The notes below the pieces were generated by a model that saw only the letters and a list, made by a program, of their open reading frames with translations, did not search any database and had not been told where the DNA came from. This document shows, piece after piece, positions 1 through 9,970 of a stretch of 53,327 bases of DNA (within the stretch, counting starts at the first letter, position 1; each line of letters opens with the position of its first letter). The position numbers and the translations under genes were made by a program. The DNA lies in IMG/VR virus record IMGVR_UViG_3300046791_000074, positions 1 through 53,327 of that record; one strand, written 5' to 3'. This DNA is from a virus. Taxonomy: Duplodnaviria > Caudoviricetes.

Positions 1-127
1 CGAACGAGTTGTTCGGGAAACCGAGTGAGATCTGCGTGAGGATCGCATCGATGTGCGTTCCACCGGATCCGGTAGGACTCCAAACAGTCACAGCGTTTTA
101 CCTCCCTTCCTGTTAGTAAGTGCCGCC
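1..127. repeat. Terminal overlap identical to 53201-53327 (circular contig)
   Basis: Exact match of 1-127 with 53201-53327. It cuts through the start of the capsid gene, and the gene order continues across the junction. Confidence 0.95.
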
Positions 128-529
128 GGGGGTCAGCAGCATGTCGAAGAATTCGTTGGCGTTGCTGGTGAGCGTCAGGGCGATGCCGAAGCACGGCTGA
201 GGCTGCGCACCTGCAGCAGCTCGTGTGATGGGTACACCGCGAGCGGAGGTGTCGTTGGTGATGCGAGCGCCCTTGGAGACCGCAGCACCGCACTTGACCC
301 GGACGATGCCGTAGAGCGCGATGCCCACGAACGCCTTGCCGGTGTTGATCCGGGCGGCGTCCACGTCTTCGACGCAGGCACCGAGCGGGAGGAGAGTCGC
401 AGCCGAAGTCGCTCGCGCGACTGACTGATCGACCGAACCCTGAATGACGAGCTCGCCGGCGACGTACGCCACCGAACCACCCTGGGCGAGGAAGCCCTTG
501 TTGAGTCCGTAGTTGGGACCGACACCCAT
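113..529 (-). CDS. Capsid cement/decoration protein (DUF2190-like)
   Basis: 138 aa, Ala/Gly-rich (GIVRVKCGAAVSKGARIT...GIAL), lying between the protease/scaffold and the major capsid gene. Confidence 0.7.
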   Translation of the reverse strand: MGVGPNYGLNKGFLAQGGSVAYVAGELVIQGSVDQSVARATSAATLLPLGACVEDVDAARINTGKAFVGIALYGIVRVKCGAAVSKGARITNDTSARGVPITRAAAGAQPQPCFGIALTLTSNANEFFDMLLTPGGTY

Positions 530-530
530 G

Positions 531-1652
531 TTAGTTCACCCCCGCCTGGTTGCCGTAGGAGTTGGTCGCGTAGTTCCGGTACGCGTCCGGGTTCTCCATC
601 GCCACCTTGCTGACGGCTTCGACGTAGGACAGCTTGGTGTCCTCCGTACGAGCCTTCGCGACGAGGTCGGAGAACGCCTTGATGGGATCGGCATCGCCCG
701 AACCGGTACGAGCCTGACCCTTCTCGCCCAGCTCCACGAAGCCGGTCTCGCCGAGGGCCTTGACCATGTCGAGCACGGCCTTGCCCTGGGCGTCGGGGCT
801 CTCGTGGAGGACGCGAGTCAGCACCTCGATGGTAGCCGCCGGAAGCGCGATGTGCTTCGTCCGGAGCTCCTCACCAAGCTGCGTGACGTTGTTGCGGACC
901 TCGGCCAGCCGGAGCGTGGCGGTGGTCTTCGCGTTGTCCTCCCGCAGCTGCTTCTGCTGCTCCATGAGGAGCTTGATCGCCGGGTTGGTCTCGGAGAGCT
1001 TCTGCAGCTCAGCGTCCGCGTCACTCAGAGTGATCGGAGGCTTGGTTGCCTTCTCCTGGAACTCCTTGATCTTGGCGAGCATGTCCTCTTCCGAGGCACC
1101 TTCCGCCAGACCCAGAAGTTCAGTGAACTTCTTCGGATCCATCTCGTTCCTTTCTTCTTCTGGGTCTTCGCCGGGATTCAGCATCTCGGAAAGATTGAGT
1201 GGTGAAAGGTCTTTCAGGAAGGGACGATTGGTGATAGCTCCACCCGAGAGTACATCCTGGAACACCGTCTTGCTCTTCGGGTGTTCCCACTCATCGAGGA
1301 ACTCGGGACTGAAGTACTTGTAGGCCTTCGACTTGATCTTCTGAACGGCATCTCCCGTCCACTCGACGAAGAGGTAAAGCCCATCCGCCCGGACTTCAGC
1401 GTTCTTGACCCATCCCGCAGCGTCACCGATTCGTGCCTTGTGATCGTAGTCGATGTCGGGATCGATGTCCCGCACCTTCTTGACGACACTTTCAGCGAAC
1501 CGGTTGAGGCGCTCCGTAGAGAAGTCAATCTCGCCGTACACGGGGTGCTGGTACTTGCCCTTGGTCATCGCATGGATCCAGGAGGAGGGAGTATCTCCCT
1601 CGCTCAGGACGACCTTGCTCAGGTCAACCAGGTAGCTCATCCGCTTGCTCAT
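531..1652 (-). CDS. Mu gpI-like prohead protease/scaffold
   Basis: DIDYDH...AAGWV...YKYFSPEF...GAITNRPFL protease motifs followed by a coiled-coil C-terminal scaffold region. Confidence 0.85.
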   Translation of the reverse strand: MSKRMSYLVDLSKVVLSEGDTPSSWIHAMTKGKYQHPVYGEIDFSTERLNRFAESVVKKVRDIDPDIDYDHKARIGDAAGWVKNAEVRADGLYLFVEWTGDAVQKIKSKAYKYFSPEFLDEWEHPKSKTVFQDVLSGGAITNRPFLKDLSPLNLSEMLNPGEDPEEERNEMDPKKFTELLGLAEGASEEDMLAKIKEFQEKATKPPITLSDADAELQKLSETNPAIKLLMEQQKQLREDNAKTTATLRLAEVRNNVTQLGEELRTKHIALPAATIEVLTRVLHESPDAQGKAVLDMVKALGETGFVELGEKGQARTGSGDADPIKAFSDLVAKARTEDTKLSYVEAVSKVAMENPDAYRNYATNSYGNQAGVN

Positions 1653-1674
1653 CGCACCACCCTCCTTACCTCTT

Positions 1675-1705
1675 ATTGTAGCTTATCCCTACCTGGGAAT
1701 AGCAA
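1675..1705 (-). promoter_or_regulatory. Putative promoter for the head genes
   Basis: Minus strand TTGCTA-N19-TACAAT followed by an AGGAGG RBS; resembles the sites at 10672-10702 and 12668-12696. Confidence 0.5.
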
Positions 1706-1759
1706 CCTCTGGGACCACTAGGTATCACAGGTCACAGCCAAAGCAATGACCACAGGGCG

Positions 1760-3847
1760 CTACGTGATGTGGCGGCCTTTGTTACCCGTAACAGTCCTGC
1801 CCGAGTTAGTTGTAACGTACTTCTTCTTATTGCCTACGGAGTAGAATGGTGGGACGAAGTGATAGACAATAGCCGTTATGGTGTCAGTGATGCCTACGAC
1901 CTCGCGGAAGTTCTTACCCTGTACCACTACCTGAGAGTCAGTAATGCCTACGACATCATCCGCTGACCTAGTCTTCAGAACTACCACGGTGACAGAGTCT
2001 GTAAGTCCAACAGCATCGTTGACAGGCTTGCTCACTAGAGCAGACATTGCGTCGCTAAGACTCAACAGGTCGCCGACAGGTGTACCGAAGGTAAGTCCTA
2101 CCTCGTCAGTGATACCTACAGCGTCGTACAAGATGTTGACTGATGCCCAGCTGGAGGTGATGGCATCCGAGATGCCGACGACATCATCTCTAGACGTACC
2201 GAATGCTAGCAGGACGCTATCTGTAAGGCCAACACCATCACTAACAGGCTTGCTGACTGTAACCGACATAGCATCGGTAATGCCAACCATATCATTGATC
2301 GTCGCACCGCTAGAGTCCGACTGGTCTACGACTAGCTGGTCTGTTAGTCCGACTGCATCGTTGATGGTGATGTTGTACGAAGCAACCTGAGTCACGATGT
2401 CAGTCAGGCCGACAGTATCACTCAACGCTAGGCCAGTGATCAGACTAGCGATGACAGAGTCAGTCAAGCCTACAGTATCGGCGACTACCTTACTCTGCGT
2501 AACCGATACCGTATCAGACAGACCAACAGTCTCCGCAATTACCTTGGACAGGATCAGTGCTGTCGTATCGGTAATGCCTACGGTGTCGTTCTGGGTTAGA
2601 CCCTTACCTGTCTCGACCGTGACGGAGTCAGTAATGCCTACGACGTCATCGACCTGCGACAAGAGTACGAACGAAGCTACTGCGGAATCGGTAATGCCTA
2701 CAGCATCACTGATAGCCTTCGACAAAGTTACTGCAACCGTATCCGACAAGCCTACAGTATCCTGAAGGCCTACAGTGATAGCGATGACAGTTACGTCTGT
2801 CAGGCCAACCGTATCACTGATCGGTACGGTCTTGGTTGCTGCGGCTGCATCAGACAGTCCTACAGTATCACTGATAGGTACGGACTTAGTTGCGGCTGCA
2901 GTATCTGTAATGCCGACGGCCTCGTTGGCTACGACCGAGATAGAGACAGCTATAGGGTCAGTAAGGCCAACGGTATCAGCTCGTCCTACACCAACCGTAA
3001 GAGCCATGGTCTCGGACAGGCCGACGGTGTCAGCTCGACCAGGACCAACAGTGATAGCCATGACATCAGACAGACCAACAGTATCCTGGACACCGTCGGT
3101 GATCTGGAGTGTGAAGTCTCCGGAGGTATCTGTAACGCCAATGGTATCGTTGACTGTTACAGTGAAGGCTGTCGAGAAGACCTTCGGACCAATAGCTGTA
3201 CTGGTACCGCTAGACGCTTTGACAGCATCTATCCAGTAGTCAGCAATGGTAGCAGTAGAGGACTTACCAATACCTAGATAGCGTCCTGTACCGCTAGTAG
3301 TGACCCCTGAGAACGAGATACTACTACCTGTCTCGGGTGTAGTACTTTGACCTAGGAAGGCTTGCAACGCCCCAGCAGTCGATGCAGTACCCAGACCTGA
3401 TGCCTGGTACTCTACTCTGTACAGGGTATTAGTTGACATCGTGAAGGTAGTAGTGGCTAGAGTTGTAGCACCGTCGGAGCTCTGCAGACGGAGACGGCCA
3501 TCTGTCAGCATCAATACCTGAATCATGTTCCCTGCGGCGGTACTGAAGATGCGCGTAGGGAAGTTTACAGTTGCACTAGGCAAGCCCGTAATGTAGATGT
3601 AGAACCTTACAGCAAAGGACGTAAAGCCATTCTCAATCTCGTACCGAATATAATTCGCTGCCGACGATGAGCTAGGAAACTTTATCGCCATCGTATCGCT
3701 AGCGGTATGATCGTCGTCGTAGGTGATCAGTCCTGCAGTACCAACTAGAGCGTCTACAATGGTGTCGCCAAAGTCGTCGCTGTTGGCAGTAGTCAGTGCT
3801 GAGGTATCAGTCTGACCTTCGTAGTTCGCTTCAATAGTAGCTGCCAT
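1760..3847 (-). CDS. Fibre-like protein: beta-rich N-domain plus about 23 D-x-V-G-[LI]-[TS]-D repeats
   Basis: 695 aa; the repeats recur every 18-22 aa from about residue 235 to near the C-terminus. Confidence 0.7.
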   Translation of the reverse strand: MAATIEANYEGQTDTSALTTANSDDFGDTIVDALVGTAGLITYDDDHTASDTMAIKFPSSSSAANYIRYEIENGFTSFAVRFYIYITGLPSATVNFPTRIFSTAAGNMIQVLMLTDGRLRLQSSDGATTLATTTFTMSTNTLYRVEYQASGLGTASTAGALQAFLGQSTTPETGSSISFSGVTTSGTGRYLGIGKSSTATIADYWIDAVKASSGTSTAIGPKVFSTAFTVTVNDTIGVTDTSGDFTLQITDGVQDTVGLSDVMAITVGPGRADTVGLSETMALTVGVGRADTVGLTDPIAVSISVVANEAVGITDTAAATKSVPISDTVGLSDAAAATKTVPISDTVGLTDVTVIAITVGLQDTVGLSDTVAVTLSKAISDAVGITDSAVASFVLLSQVDDVVGITDSVTVETGKGLTQNDTVGITDTTALILSKVIAETVGLSDTVSVTQSKVVADTVGLTDSVIASLITGLALSDTVGLTDIVTQVASYNITINDAVGLTDQLVVDQSDSSGATINDMVGITDAMSVTVSKPVSDGVGLTDSVLLAFGTSRDDVVGISDAITSSWASVNILYDAVGITDEVGLTFGTPVGDLLSLSDAMSALVSKPVNDAVGLTDSVTVVVLKTRSADDVVGITDSQVVVQGKNFREVVGITDTITAIVYHFVPPFYSVGNKKKYVTTNSGRTVTGNKGRHIT

Positions 3848-3858
3848 TACTAGTCCAC

Positions 3859-4215
3859 CTAGTCAGTCAGGATGGCAATGGTAAGATTACCCTCCGCCGC
3901 TCCACCGTTTGAGGGGAAGAGAAAGAACCTATACCGAATGTTGATGAAGCCCTCTTGTACGGGCAACTGCTCTGAGTCAGGCGACGGGGGCATCCAAATG
4001 CCCCACTCCTTGCGAGGGTCCTCTGTCTCAAGGTCCCAAGTACCGTACACGTTACTCTCGACGACAGAGAGAAACTTCGCACCGAGTGGAACAGGGATTC
4101 GAAAGTCTGCATAGAGCCCATCCTCGGGATAGATCTTCCCTCCAATGGTAATGTGATCCGCGACGAGATTGGCATCGACAGGCAACTCGTACCGCATAAA
4201 CTCGATCTTACTCAT
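3859..4215 (-). CDS. Hypothetical protein
   Basis: 118 aa, translationally coupled to the upstream gene. Confidence 0.6.
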   Translation of the reverse strand: MSKIEFMRYELPVDANLVADHITIGGKIYPEDGLYADFRIPVPLGAKFLSVVESNVYGTWDLETEDPRKEWGIWMPPSPDSEQLPVQEGFINIRYRFFLFPSNGGAAEGNLTIAILTD

Positions 4216-5366
4216 TACACACCGCTTCCTGTGAAGTTCAGATATGTAGACGACACGTTTGTCCCGCCTATGTAGCTACCTACACCAGGAGACCCACCAG
4301 ACCAGGTGCCCCCGACATAGACTTTGATGTCACCCATCTGAGCTAGCTGCGGATTGCCCTGCTCAGTACTAGGGTAGTACACTTTGATCTTGTTCGAAGC
4401 GCTTCGACCAATGGGGTCATAGATGTTGAGGTATGTTCGGCCTTGGTCGTTACCGTAAAAGATGTCCTGACCTGCCGCAATGACGGAGCCCCAGGTGTAG
4501 TTGACGACGTTCACAGTGCACATCGCCGAACTACTACCTCGGAACACCTCTCGACCCATACGTTCTAGGTTCAGGTTAGTACGATTGCCCCCAGTTGAGC
4601 CGCAACCAATCAGCGTATGCACTCCAGCACCTTGCCAAAGGGCGAATGCGGCTGAGTAAGGCTGGTTGTTGCCCCAACAGTTCTTGTACGTGTAGCCCCT
4701 AATGCCGTCGGTCGCTGAAAGTCCGTTAGCTCCGAAGGCTGAAGCGCCTCGAGGAGTACCGTTTAGCGTCCCGTCGATCGTTACGTTCTCGTAGTAGTGG
4801 TTGTCACCACCGTACGAAGCGATGCCGAAGGTCTCACCAGGCTGAAAGTACCAGTCCCCAGGAGCCGCTCCGTTGAGTTTGACGTTTTTGATCTGTGCAT
4901 TCTCACATTGGTGCATGCGAATGCCATTGTACAAGTGTCCTTGCTCAGATCCGTTCAGTCCAAAGCAGCTCAACGTCAGGTTCGAAGCCTTGTTGAAGTG
5001 CATCAGGTATAGTTGGTTCGTTCCACCCTGCGCTTGGGTAGGTACCGAAGCTGCTTTGGTGGACGTACTCGCTACCATAGAGAATGTCGTGAGGTCTGGG
5101 CCTACTCCGACGATACCCTGGGAGCCATTGAAGTAACCATTGACAACACCGTCTGTGGTCTGTGCGAAGTCGGAGAAGGTATTGTTGCCTGCAGGGAATG
5201 AGATGACGTTACTAGACGTCGCACTTGCGGCCTTAGCCGTTAGGGTCGAACCAGACAAGTCCTGGTTGCGCTGATACCCTGCTCCAGAAGCTTGCACACT
5301 GGAACAGGCCGCACCGCCTCCCTGGGAAGCGATGCGGCCTACCGTGACGCTGATTAACCTACCCAC
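4215..5366 (-). CDS. Putative right-handed beta-helix (pectin lyase-like) spike/depolymerase
   Basis: 383 aa, Gly/Ser/Asn-rich, with parallel beta-helix-like segments (GIRMHQCENAQIKNVKL, HYYENVTIDG). Confidence 0.55.
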   Translation of the reverse strand: MGRLISVTVGRIASQGGGAACSSVQASGAGYQRNQDLSGSTLTAKAASATSSNVISFPAGNNTFSDFAQTTDGVVNGYFNGSQGIVGVGPDLTTFSMVASTSTKAASVPTQAQGGTNQLYLMHFNKASNLTLSCFGLNGSEQGHLYNGIRMHQCENAQIKNVKLNGAAPGDWYFQPGETFGIASYGGDNHYYENVTIDGTLNGTPRGASAFGANGLSATDGIRGYTYKNCWGNNQPYSAAFALWQGAGVHTLIGCGSTGGNRTNLNLERMGREVFRGSSSAMCTVNVVNYTWGSVIAAGQDIFYGNDQGRTYLNIYDPIGRSASNKIKVYYPSTEQGNPQLAQMGDIKVYVGGTWSGGSPGVGSYIGGTNVSSTYLNFTGSGV

Positions 5367-5595
5367 ACCACTTCACGAGGTCCTTGACGTCCCACTCTTT
5401 GGCTGCTGCAGGATCGAGTCCGAGGCTGACAGCGTAGTCAACCCAGGCGTCCTTGTCCTTGTCCGAAGAGTGAGCCGGCTTCTCCGGAATCTTGGGCAGC
5501 GTGTACTCGCCCTGGATGACTTCGCCGTTCTTCTCCACGACGACCTCGTCCGTGAGTCCTGTGTCGTCGGTCTTCTCACCTGCGCTCTTCACCAT
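5359..5595 (-). CDS. Small protein with a helical C-terminal motif (KDAWVDYAVSLGLD)
   Basis: Likely start MVKSAGEK immediately after the upstream stop codon; 78 aa. Confidence 0.55.
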   Translation of the reverse strand: MVKSAGEKTDDTGLTDEVVVEKNGEVIQGEYTLPKIPEKPAHSSDKDKDAWVDYAVSLGLDPAAAKEWDVKDLVKWCG

Positions 5596-5596
5596 G

Positions 5597-6187
5597 TTAC
5601 GCTCCCAGGAACTTGTGGTTCCAGGTGACCGCCAGAGTGTCCAGCGCACCCTTGTTGACGGTCGAGAGGACAGCACGACTGTAGGTGTTCGCAGCCGTGC
5701 TGGTGGCGTTGGCGGCAGCGTCGTTGACGATGACCACCTCGTTGATGGTGGAAGAGGTTGCGACGCCGGCACCCCAGGTGGACTTGTAGGTCGCGTTCCA
5801 CCCGGTGTCACCACCAGCCGAAGCACTCGACGGGAAGGTCGAGTCGAATGCGATGTTGCTCGCGGTCAGGTACGCAACCAGCAGCGACCCTGTGGAGCTC
5901 TTCGCCGCCGCAGTACCCGTGGTCCCGAGCTTCATGCCCGAGGCGATGGTCGGAGCCGAGGGGGTCGAGGGCGAAACACCGACGATACCCTTCTGGCAGT
6001 AGTACTGGTCGCCAGCGGTCGTGACCAGGTTGGCGAACGGGACAAGCTGCTTGGTCTTCCCGTCCTCGTCGAAGACGTGAGCAATGCCGAAGCCCTTGAG
6101 CCCCATGCCCGACGGGAGCGAGCGGGTCATGAAGTCGGCCTCAGCGAGAGCCTCCTCCACCTCCGAACGCTTGGTGATGAGATGCAT
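5597..6187 (-). CDS. Tail-collar/fibre-attachment-like structural protein
   Basis: NLVTTAG...MKLGT...INEVVI...RAVLSTVNKG..DTLAVTW pattern, typical of fibre N-terminal domains; start MHLITK after a GGAG RBS. Confidence 0.6.
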   Translation of the reverse strand: MHLITKRSEVEEALAEADFMTRSLPSGMGLKGFGIAHVFDEDGKTKQLVPFANLVTTAGDQYYCQKGIVGVSPSTPSAPTIASGMKLGTTGTAAAKSSTGSLLVAYLTASNIAFDSTFPSSASAGGDTGWNATYKSTWGAGVATSSTINEVVIVNDAAANATSTAANTYSRAVLSTVNKGALDTLAVTWNHKFLGA

Positions 6188-6195
6188 TGGAACTC

Positions 6196-6522
6196 CTATC
6201 GCTGGACTTGGACTTCGCCCGAGAGGACGACAGTGCGGAGAGGCTTCATGAATACCAAGTTGAAGGGCTTGGTATCCCAACTGACAGTCGTGTCAGCAGC
6301 TGTGAGGGTGATAGTCACCCGATTGCCTACGATGGTCCCTGGCCACGAAGTGACAACGCCATTGACGTCCACCTCAAGCGATGAAGAGACCACAGAGGAG
6401 AGGTCGCTCGGTTGTGTGGCAGCTGAGTCTTCCCAGAACAGAATCTCCGGAGCGCTGACCGAGTTGTACGTAATGTAGATGATGGTAGAGATCAGCTTGT
6501 CGCCGATCTCGACCACCCTCAC
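6196..6522 (-). CDS. Hypothetical beta-rich structural protein
   Basis: 108 aa within a coupled operon; ends VLSGEVQVQR. Confidence 0.55.
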   Translation of the reverse strand: MRVVEIGDKLISTIIYITYNSVSAPEILFWEDSAATQPSDLSSVVSSSLEVDVNGVVTSWPGTIVGNRVTITLTAADTTVSWDTKPFNLVFMKPLRTVVLSGEVQVQR

Positions 6523-6779
6523 AGGTCACCGCAATGGAAATCCTTCGCCTGCTTGCGCAAGGCGTTCCAGGTCTTGATCTGCTGACGCTGTTGTACGACA
6601 CCGCTCGCAGTAGTGGGCGCTGGACGATCTGCCGGATTCTGTTCCGTCAGGATCTCGAACGTCGTGCACCACTTCTTGTTCTGCTCGGTGACGTAGTACA
6701 CAGCGAAGCCGCAGGACAGGAAGACCGACAAGATAGCCGACACTACCGTGTAGACTAGTCGCTGACGTTGCGTCGTCAT
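6519..6779 (-). CDS. Single-pass membrane protein
   Basis: N-terminal hydrophobic helix followed by a Cys-pair-containing outer domain. Confidence 0.6.
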   Translation of the reverse strand: MTTQRQRLVYTVVSAILSVFLSCGFAVYYVTEQNKKWCTTFEILTEQNPADRPAPTTASGVVQQRQQIKTWNALRKQAKDFHCGDL

Positions 6780-6786
6780 CGATTGA

Positions 6787-7038
6787 TCACCTCGACCCAG
6801 AGGATGGCGTACGTGGCTCCTGCGACTGCTCCGAGGGAGAAGTAGGTGGAGGCCTTTCTCCAGCCTGCTTCAGAAGTAAGAAAATGTTGGTTGCCGCTGG
6901 GATTCCCAGGACCGAAGTGAACACTCCCAGGAGGAGTGCGTTCACCTCGCCCGTCAGGAGCTGGTACATGATCCCGAAGATCCCGAGGGCGTAGAGGCCG
7001 ATGTCTTTCGCGATGAGTAGCCATGGAGGTCCGTTCAC
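6787..7038 (-). CDS. Two-TM membrane protein (holin-like)
   Basis: Two hydrophobic helices and a Pro/Ser-rich tail. Confidence 0.55.
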   Translation of the reverse strand: MNGPPWLLIAKDIGLYALGIFGIMYQLLTGEVNALLLGVFTSVLGIPAATNIFLLLKQAGERPPPTSPSEQSQEPRTPSSGSR

Positions 7039-7049
7039 CTGTCACCTGG

Positions 7050-8540
7050 TCACTTATTGCCAGAACGGTCGGTTCCAGCGTTGCCGGCGGGGAGTTGTGC
7101 CTTCGCTTTAGGCTGCTGCCGCGGAGGCCCTGCCTCTGGTGCTTTACCCGCTCCAGGCTTGCCAGCCTCAGATTCCCCAGGTGCTTGGGGTGTCTCCGTC
7201 TTACGGATGGTTGCTTCATCCAAAGGAGGCAGGTCCATTTCATCACGGATGCTCGTCTCGAGCGGACCATCCGGCTGGATGATCCCCGCACCGACGAAGT
7301 TCCGGATGGCGAACGACAATGTGCGCCAGTCGGCAGATTCACCAATACGACGTGCCCTGATGTGTGGGTACTTCTTCACACCAGGGAAGTTGTAGTCGAC
7401 GAGTTCCTTGATCAGGTAGTCGTTGAAGGTCTGGCAGACGATGTCAGCAATGAACCTTGTCGCCTTGAGGAACATGTCCGAAGCAACATCCTGACTACCA
7501 CCCTCGGTAAGGAAGGATGCCAGGATCGACTTCTCGATCTGCTTGTCATGGTGCTCGATGCTCTTCAGGCAGTCAACGGGCTGCCCTTCGAGCTTCAACA
7601 TGATCAGTTCCCAGTTCGGCGGGAGCACAACGTGTGCACGCTCGTTCGTCCTGAGGTTACGTCCCATGTTCTCCGCCAGCATCTTGTCGTCGCTGCTGAA
7701 GCCTGGCGGAAGAGTAATCATGGGGATGCCGATGCCGTGGCGCTCTTTCTGGATGGCATCGATCTTGTACAGCGTCTCCTTGTAGTACCAGTGCTTGTAG
7801 GGCGTCCGGAGAAGAGACATGCCCTCGATGTTACCTGCCTCCTTGTCAAAGGAGAACACCAGCATCTTCTTGATGTCAATGCGGATCGGGTTGCCCAGGG
7901 GATTCGCAGAAGGCCACATCTCTACGGCCTTCGGTCCACCATTGGCGTCGTAGAACCATTCCTTCACGTCCATGGGGTGGCGCGGTCCGAGCTTCTTCAG
8001 GACCGTCCGCATCTTCCCCTCGACCATCCGGTTCTCCCAGACCTTCTCGTACATGTAGTAGCCGAACTCACACATGAGCAAGGCTTCCTGCAGTACCTGA
8101 GACCAGGAGATGGACATGTGCTCCGTGAAGCACTGCCAGACGAAGTCCGCAATCTTCTTGTCCTTGAGGCGAATCGTCTTCTCAGGACCGAATGTCGCAG
8201 GCTCCATAAACCAGCGCGCAGCAAGTACCGGAGTCTTAACGAGGCGAAGAGTTCCCCGTACAGTTCCATCCGACCGACGCATCTGGTCGTACTTCTGCAG
8301 ACCCTTGATGCCCTGAAGGTCTCGGTTGTACTCTGCACGAATGAAGGAGGTGAATGGTGAGGGCGAGCTGGTACCGAGTTCGCGAAGATCGACATCAGTG
8401 TCAACCGTCTCCCTGAATACCTTCGGCGTCACGACCATGAACGGCTCGGCGCCTTCGTCGTTGACGATGGAGACCAAGTCGAATCGGTCCATGACTTCGG
8501 CCAGCGTTGCGATCTCAGAGACCACAGAGGGCTCGCTCAT
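7050..8540 (-). CDS. Portal protein (Mu gp29/DUF935-like)
   Basis: 496 aa downstream of TerL; G.SLLR..YKHW.YK...D....ERHG.GIP motif. Confidence 0.9.
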   Translation of the reverse strand: MSEPSVVSEIATLAEVMDRFDLVSIVNDEGAEPFMVVTPKVFRETVDTDVDLRELGTSSPSPFTSFIRAEYNRDLQGIKGLQKYDQMRRSDGTVRGTLRLVKTPVLAARWFMEPATFGPEKTIRLKDKKIADFVWQCFTEHMSISWSQVLQEALLMCEFGYYMYEKVWENRMVEGKMRTVLKKLGPRHPMDVKEWFYDANGGPKAVEMWPSANPLGNPIRIDIKKMLVFSFDKEAGNIEGMSLLRTPYKHWYYKETLYKIDAIQKERHGIGIPMITLPPGFSSDDKMLAENMGRNLRTNERAHVVLPPNWELIMLKLEGQPVDCLKSIEHHDKQIEKSILASFLTEGGSQDVASDMFLKATRFIADIVCQTFNDYLIKELVDYNFPGVKKYPHIRARRIGESADWRTLSFAIRNFVGAGIIQPDGPLETSIRDEMDLPPLDEATIRKTETPQAPGESEAGKPGAGKAPEAGPPRQQPKAKAQLPAGNAGTDRSGNK

Positions 8541-9970
8541 CAGAAGACACCTCCTGTGGTGAACATTCCGCCATCTCCTGAACTGGATAGGTCTGTAGTG
8601 CCCATGGTGAACGACCCGCTGTCTGAGCCACCACTCTCTCCCTGATACACTTCACTCAGGTGGTGGTGCGCGCCCAGCTTAAACACGTGCATAAGGCCGT
8701 ACCGTAGAGCATCGAGTGCGTGATCCTCAACCTTGTTACCGAACTCGGGAACGTTGCGTCCCTTGACTGGAGCATTCGACTTGTAGTTGTTAAACTCGTG
8801 AATGAGCCATTTGCAACTGTGGTCGACAAGCATTCCTGTCGTAGTAAGCGGTGTTCCGTACTCGTCAGCAACCAGCCCCGTGTCTCGGTCCTTGAGGAAG
8901 CTGGCAACCAGATCGACTCCGTCACGCCAGTTCTCCTTGGCTTCAGGTAGTGTCCAGCAACCTACGAAGTCGATGGAGATGGCGATCCCGGCTTCGGGGT
9001 CTGCGGCATCTCCGAACGCCATGTCGAGGTGGTATCCTTCAGGCTGCTCTCGGCCCTTGAGGATCCGAATATGCTCGCCCAAGGTAGTGAAGGCCAAGTA
9101 ATGTTCACGCCACACCCTAATCTCATCCCACGGCGTGACCTGGAACTCGATCGCTGCCAGCGGGTTGGTGTATCCGAAGTCGAAGGCTATGTAGTTAGGC
9201 CACGCAGGGTTGAACTCAACCTTCCCCACATGCTTCGTAACATCCCACTCAGGATAGATCTTGCCGACGAAGCTAGAGAAGTCCGCCGCGATCTCCTGCA
9301 GGAACTGTTCAGGCCGCATCGTCCGGAGCAGTAGCTGAATCTCTGGATCATCGTATCCCCCCGGGTATACGGCTGAGTTGTCCCAGCTAGGAAAACGCCA
9401 GCTCTCGTAGTCCGGGAAGTCCGGATTCTGTCCTAGCATCCATTGGGTATACAGCCAGTTGAATCCCTCTGGCGTCGTTGGGAAATCTGCCGACCCACGT
9501 TTGTCCGCCAGTGCTGGACGGATGAACCTCTCCCATGTCTCTTCCTTGTGCTTGGCAGCTTCCGACATGATCACGTGGTCGAGTGCTTCACCGACCAGGT
9601 TCTCCGGGTGATCCGCGGACCGTACCTCAAGTCGCGTCTGCCACGGGAACTCGATGAACATGTGGCCTTGCTTTTTGTTATACGCCTTCTTCACACGGCT
9701 GTCACGGCCGAGCTGCTGCTTGACGATCAGGTCGTCCCAGAGAACCCGGAACTCCTTCTCGCCCAGGTCGTACGTTGGCCCGACGATCCAGAACATCTTG
9801 CCGGGCTCGAACATCTTCGGCTGCAGGTCCTTTGCAGCCATCGTGCTCTTACCGAATCGCCGTCCGCAGTTGGGCAGACGAAAGCGCGCCTTCGAGTCAT
9901 GGTACAGCGCCTGCCGTCCGTGCGGCCGGTACTTGATGAATTCGAAGTACTGCGCTCTCGTCCACGCCAT
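8540..9970 (-). CDS. terL: Terminase large subunit
   Basis: Walker A GRRFGKS, Walker B VIMSE, TTPEG motif, nuclease motifs DFGYTNP and DHALDALRY. Confidence 0.95.
   Translation of the reverse strand: MAWTRAQYFEFIKYRPHGRQALYHDSKARFRLPNCGRRFGKSTMAAKDLQPKMFEPGKMFWIVGPTYDLGEKEFRVLWDDLIVKQQLGRDSRVKKAYNKKQGHMFIEFPWQTRLEVRSADHPENLVGEALDHVIMSEAAKHKEETWERFIRPALADKRGSADFPTTPEGFNWLYTQWMLGQNPDFPDYESWRFPSWDNSAVYPGGYDDPEIQLLLRTMRPEQFLQEIAADFSSFVGKIYPEWDVTKHVGKVEFNPAWPNYIAFDFGYTNPLAAIEFQVTPWDEIRVWREHYLAFTTLGEHIRILKGREQPEGYHLDMAFGDAADPEAGIAISIDFVGCWTLPEAKENWRDGVDLVASFLKDRDTGLVADEYGTPLTTTGMLVDHSCKWLIHEFNNYKSNAPVKGRNVPEFGNKVEDHALDALRYGLMHVFKLGAHHHLSEVYQGESGGSDSGSFTMGTTDLSSSGDGGMFTTGGVF

Noticed and set aside
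7023-8360. Long plus-strand ORF (445 aa) and similar antisense ORFs (5492-6478, 25559-26608)
   Set aside because: They shadow well-supported genes on the opposite strand, as expected from GC-rich codon bias, and carry no motifs.
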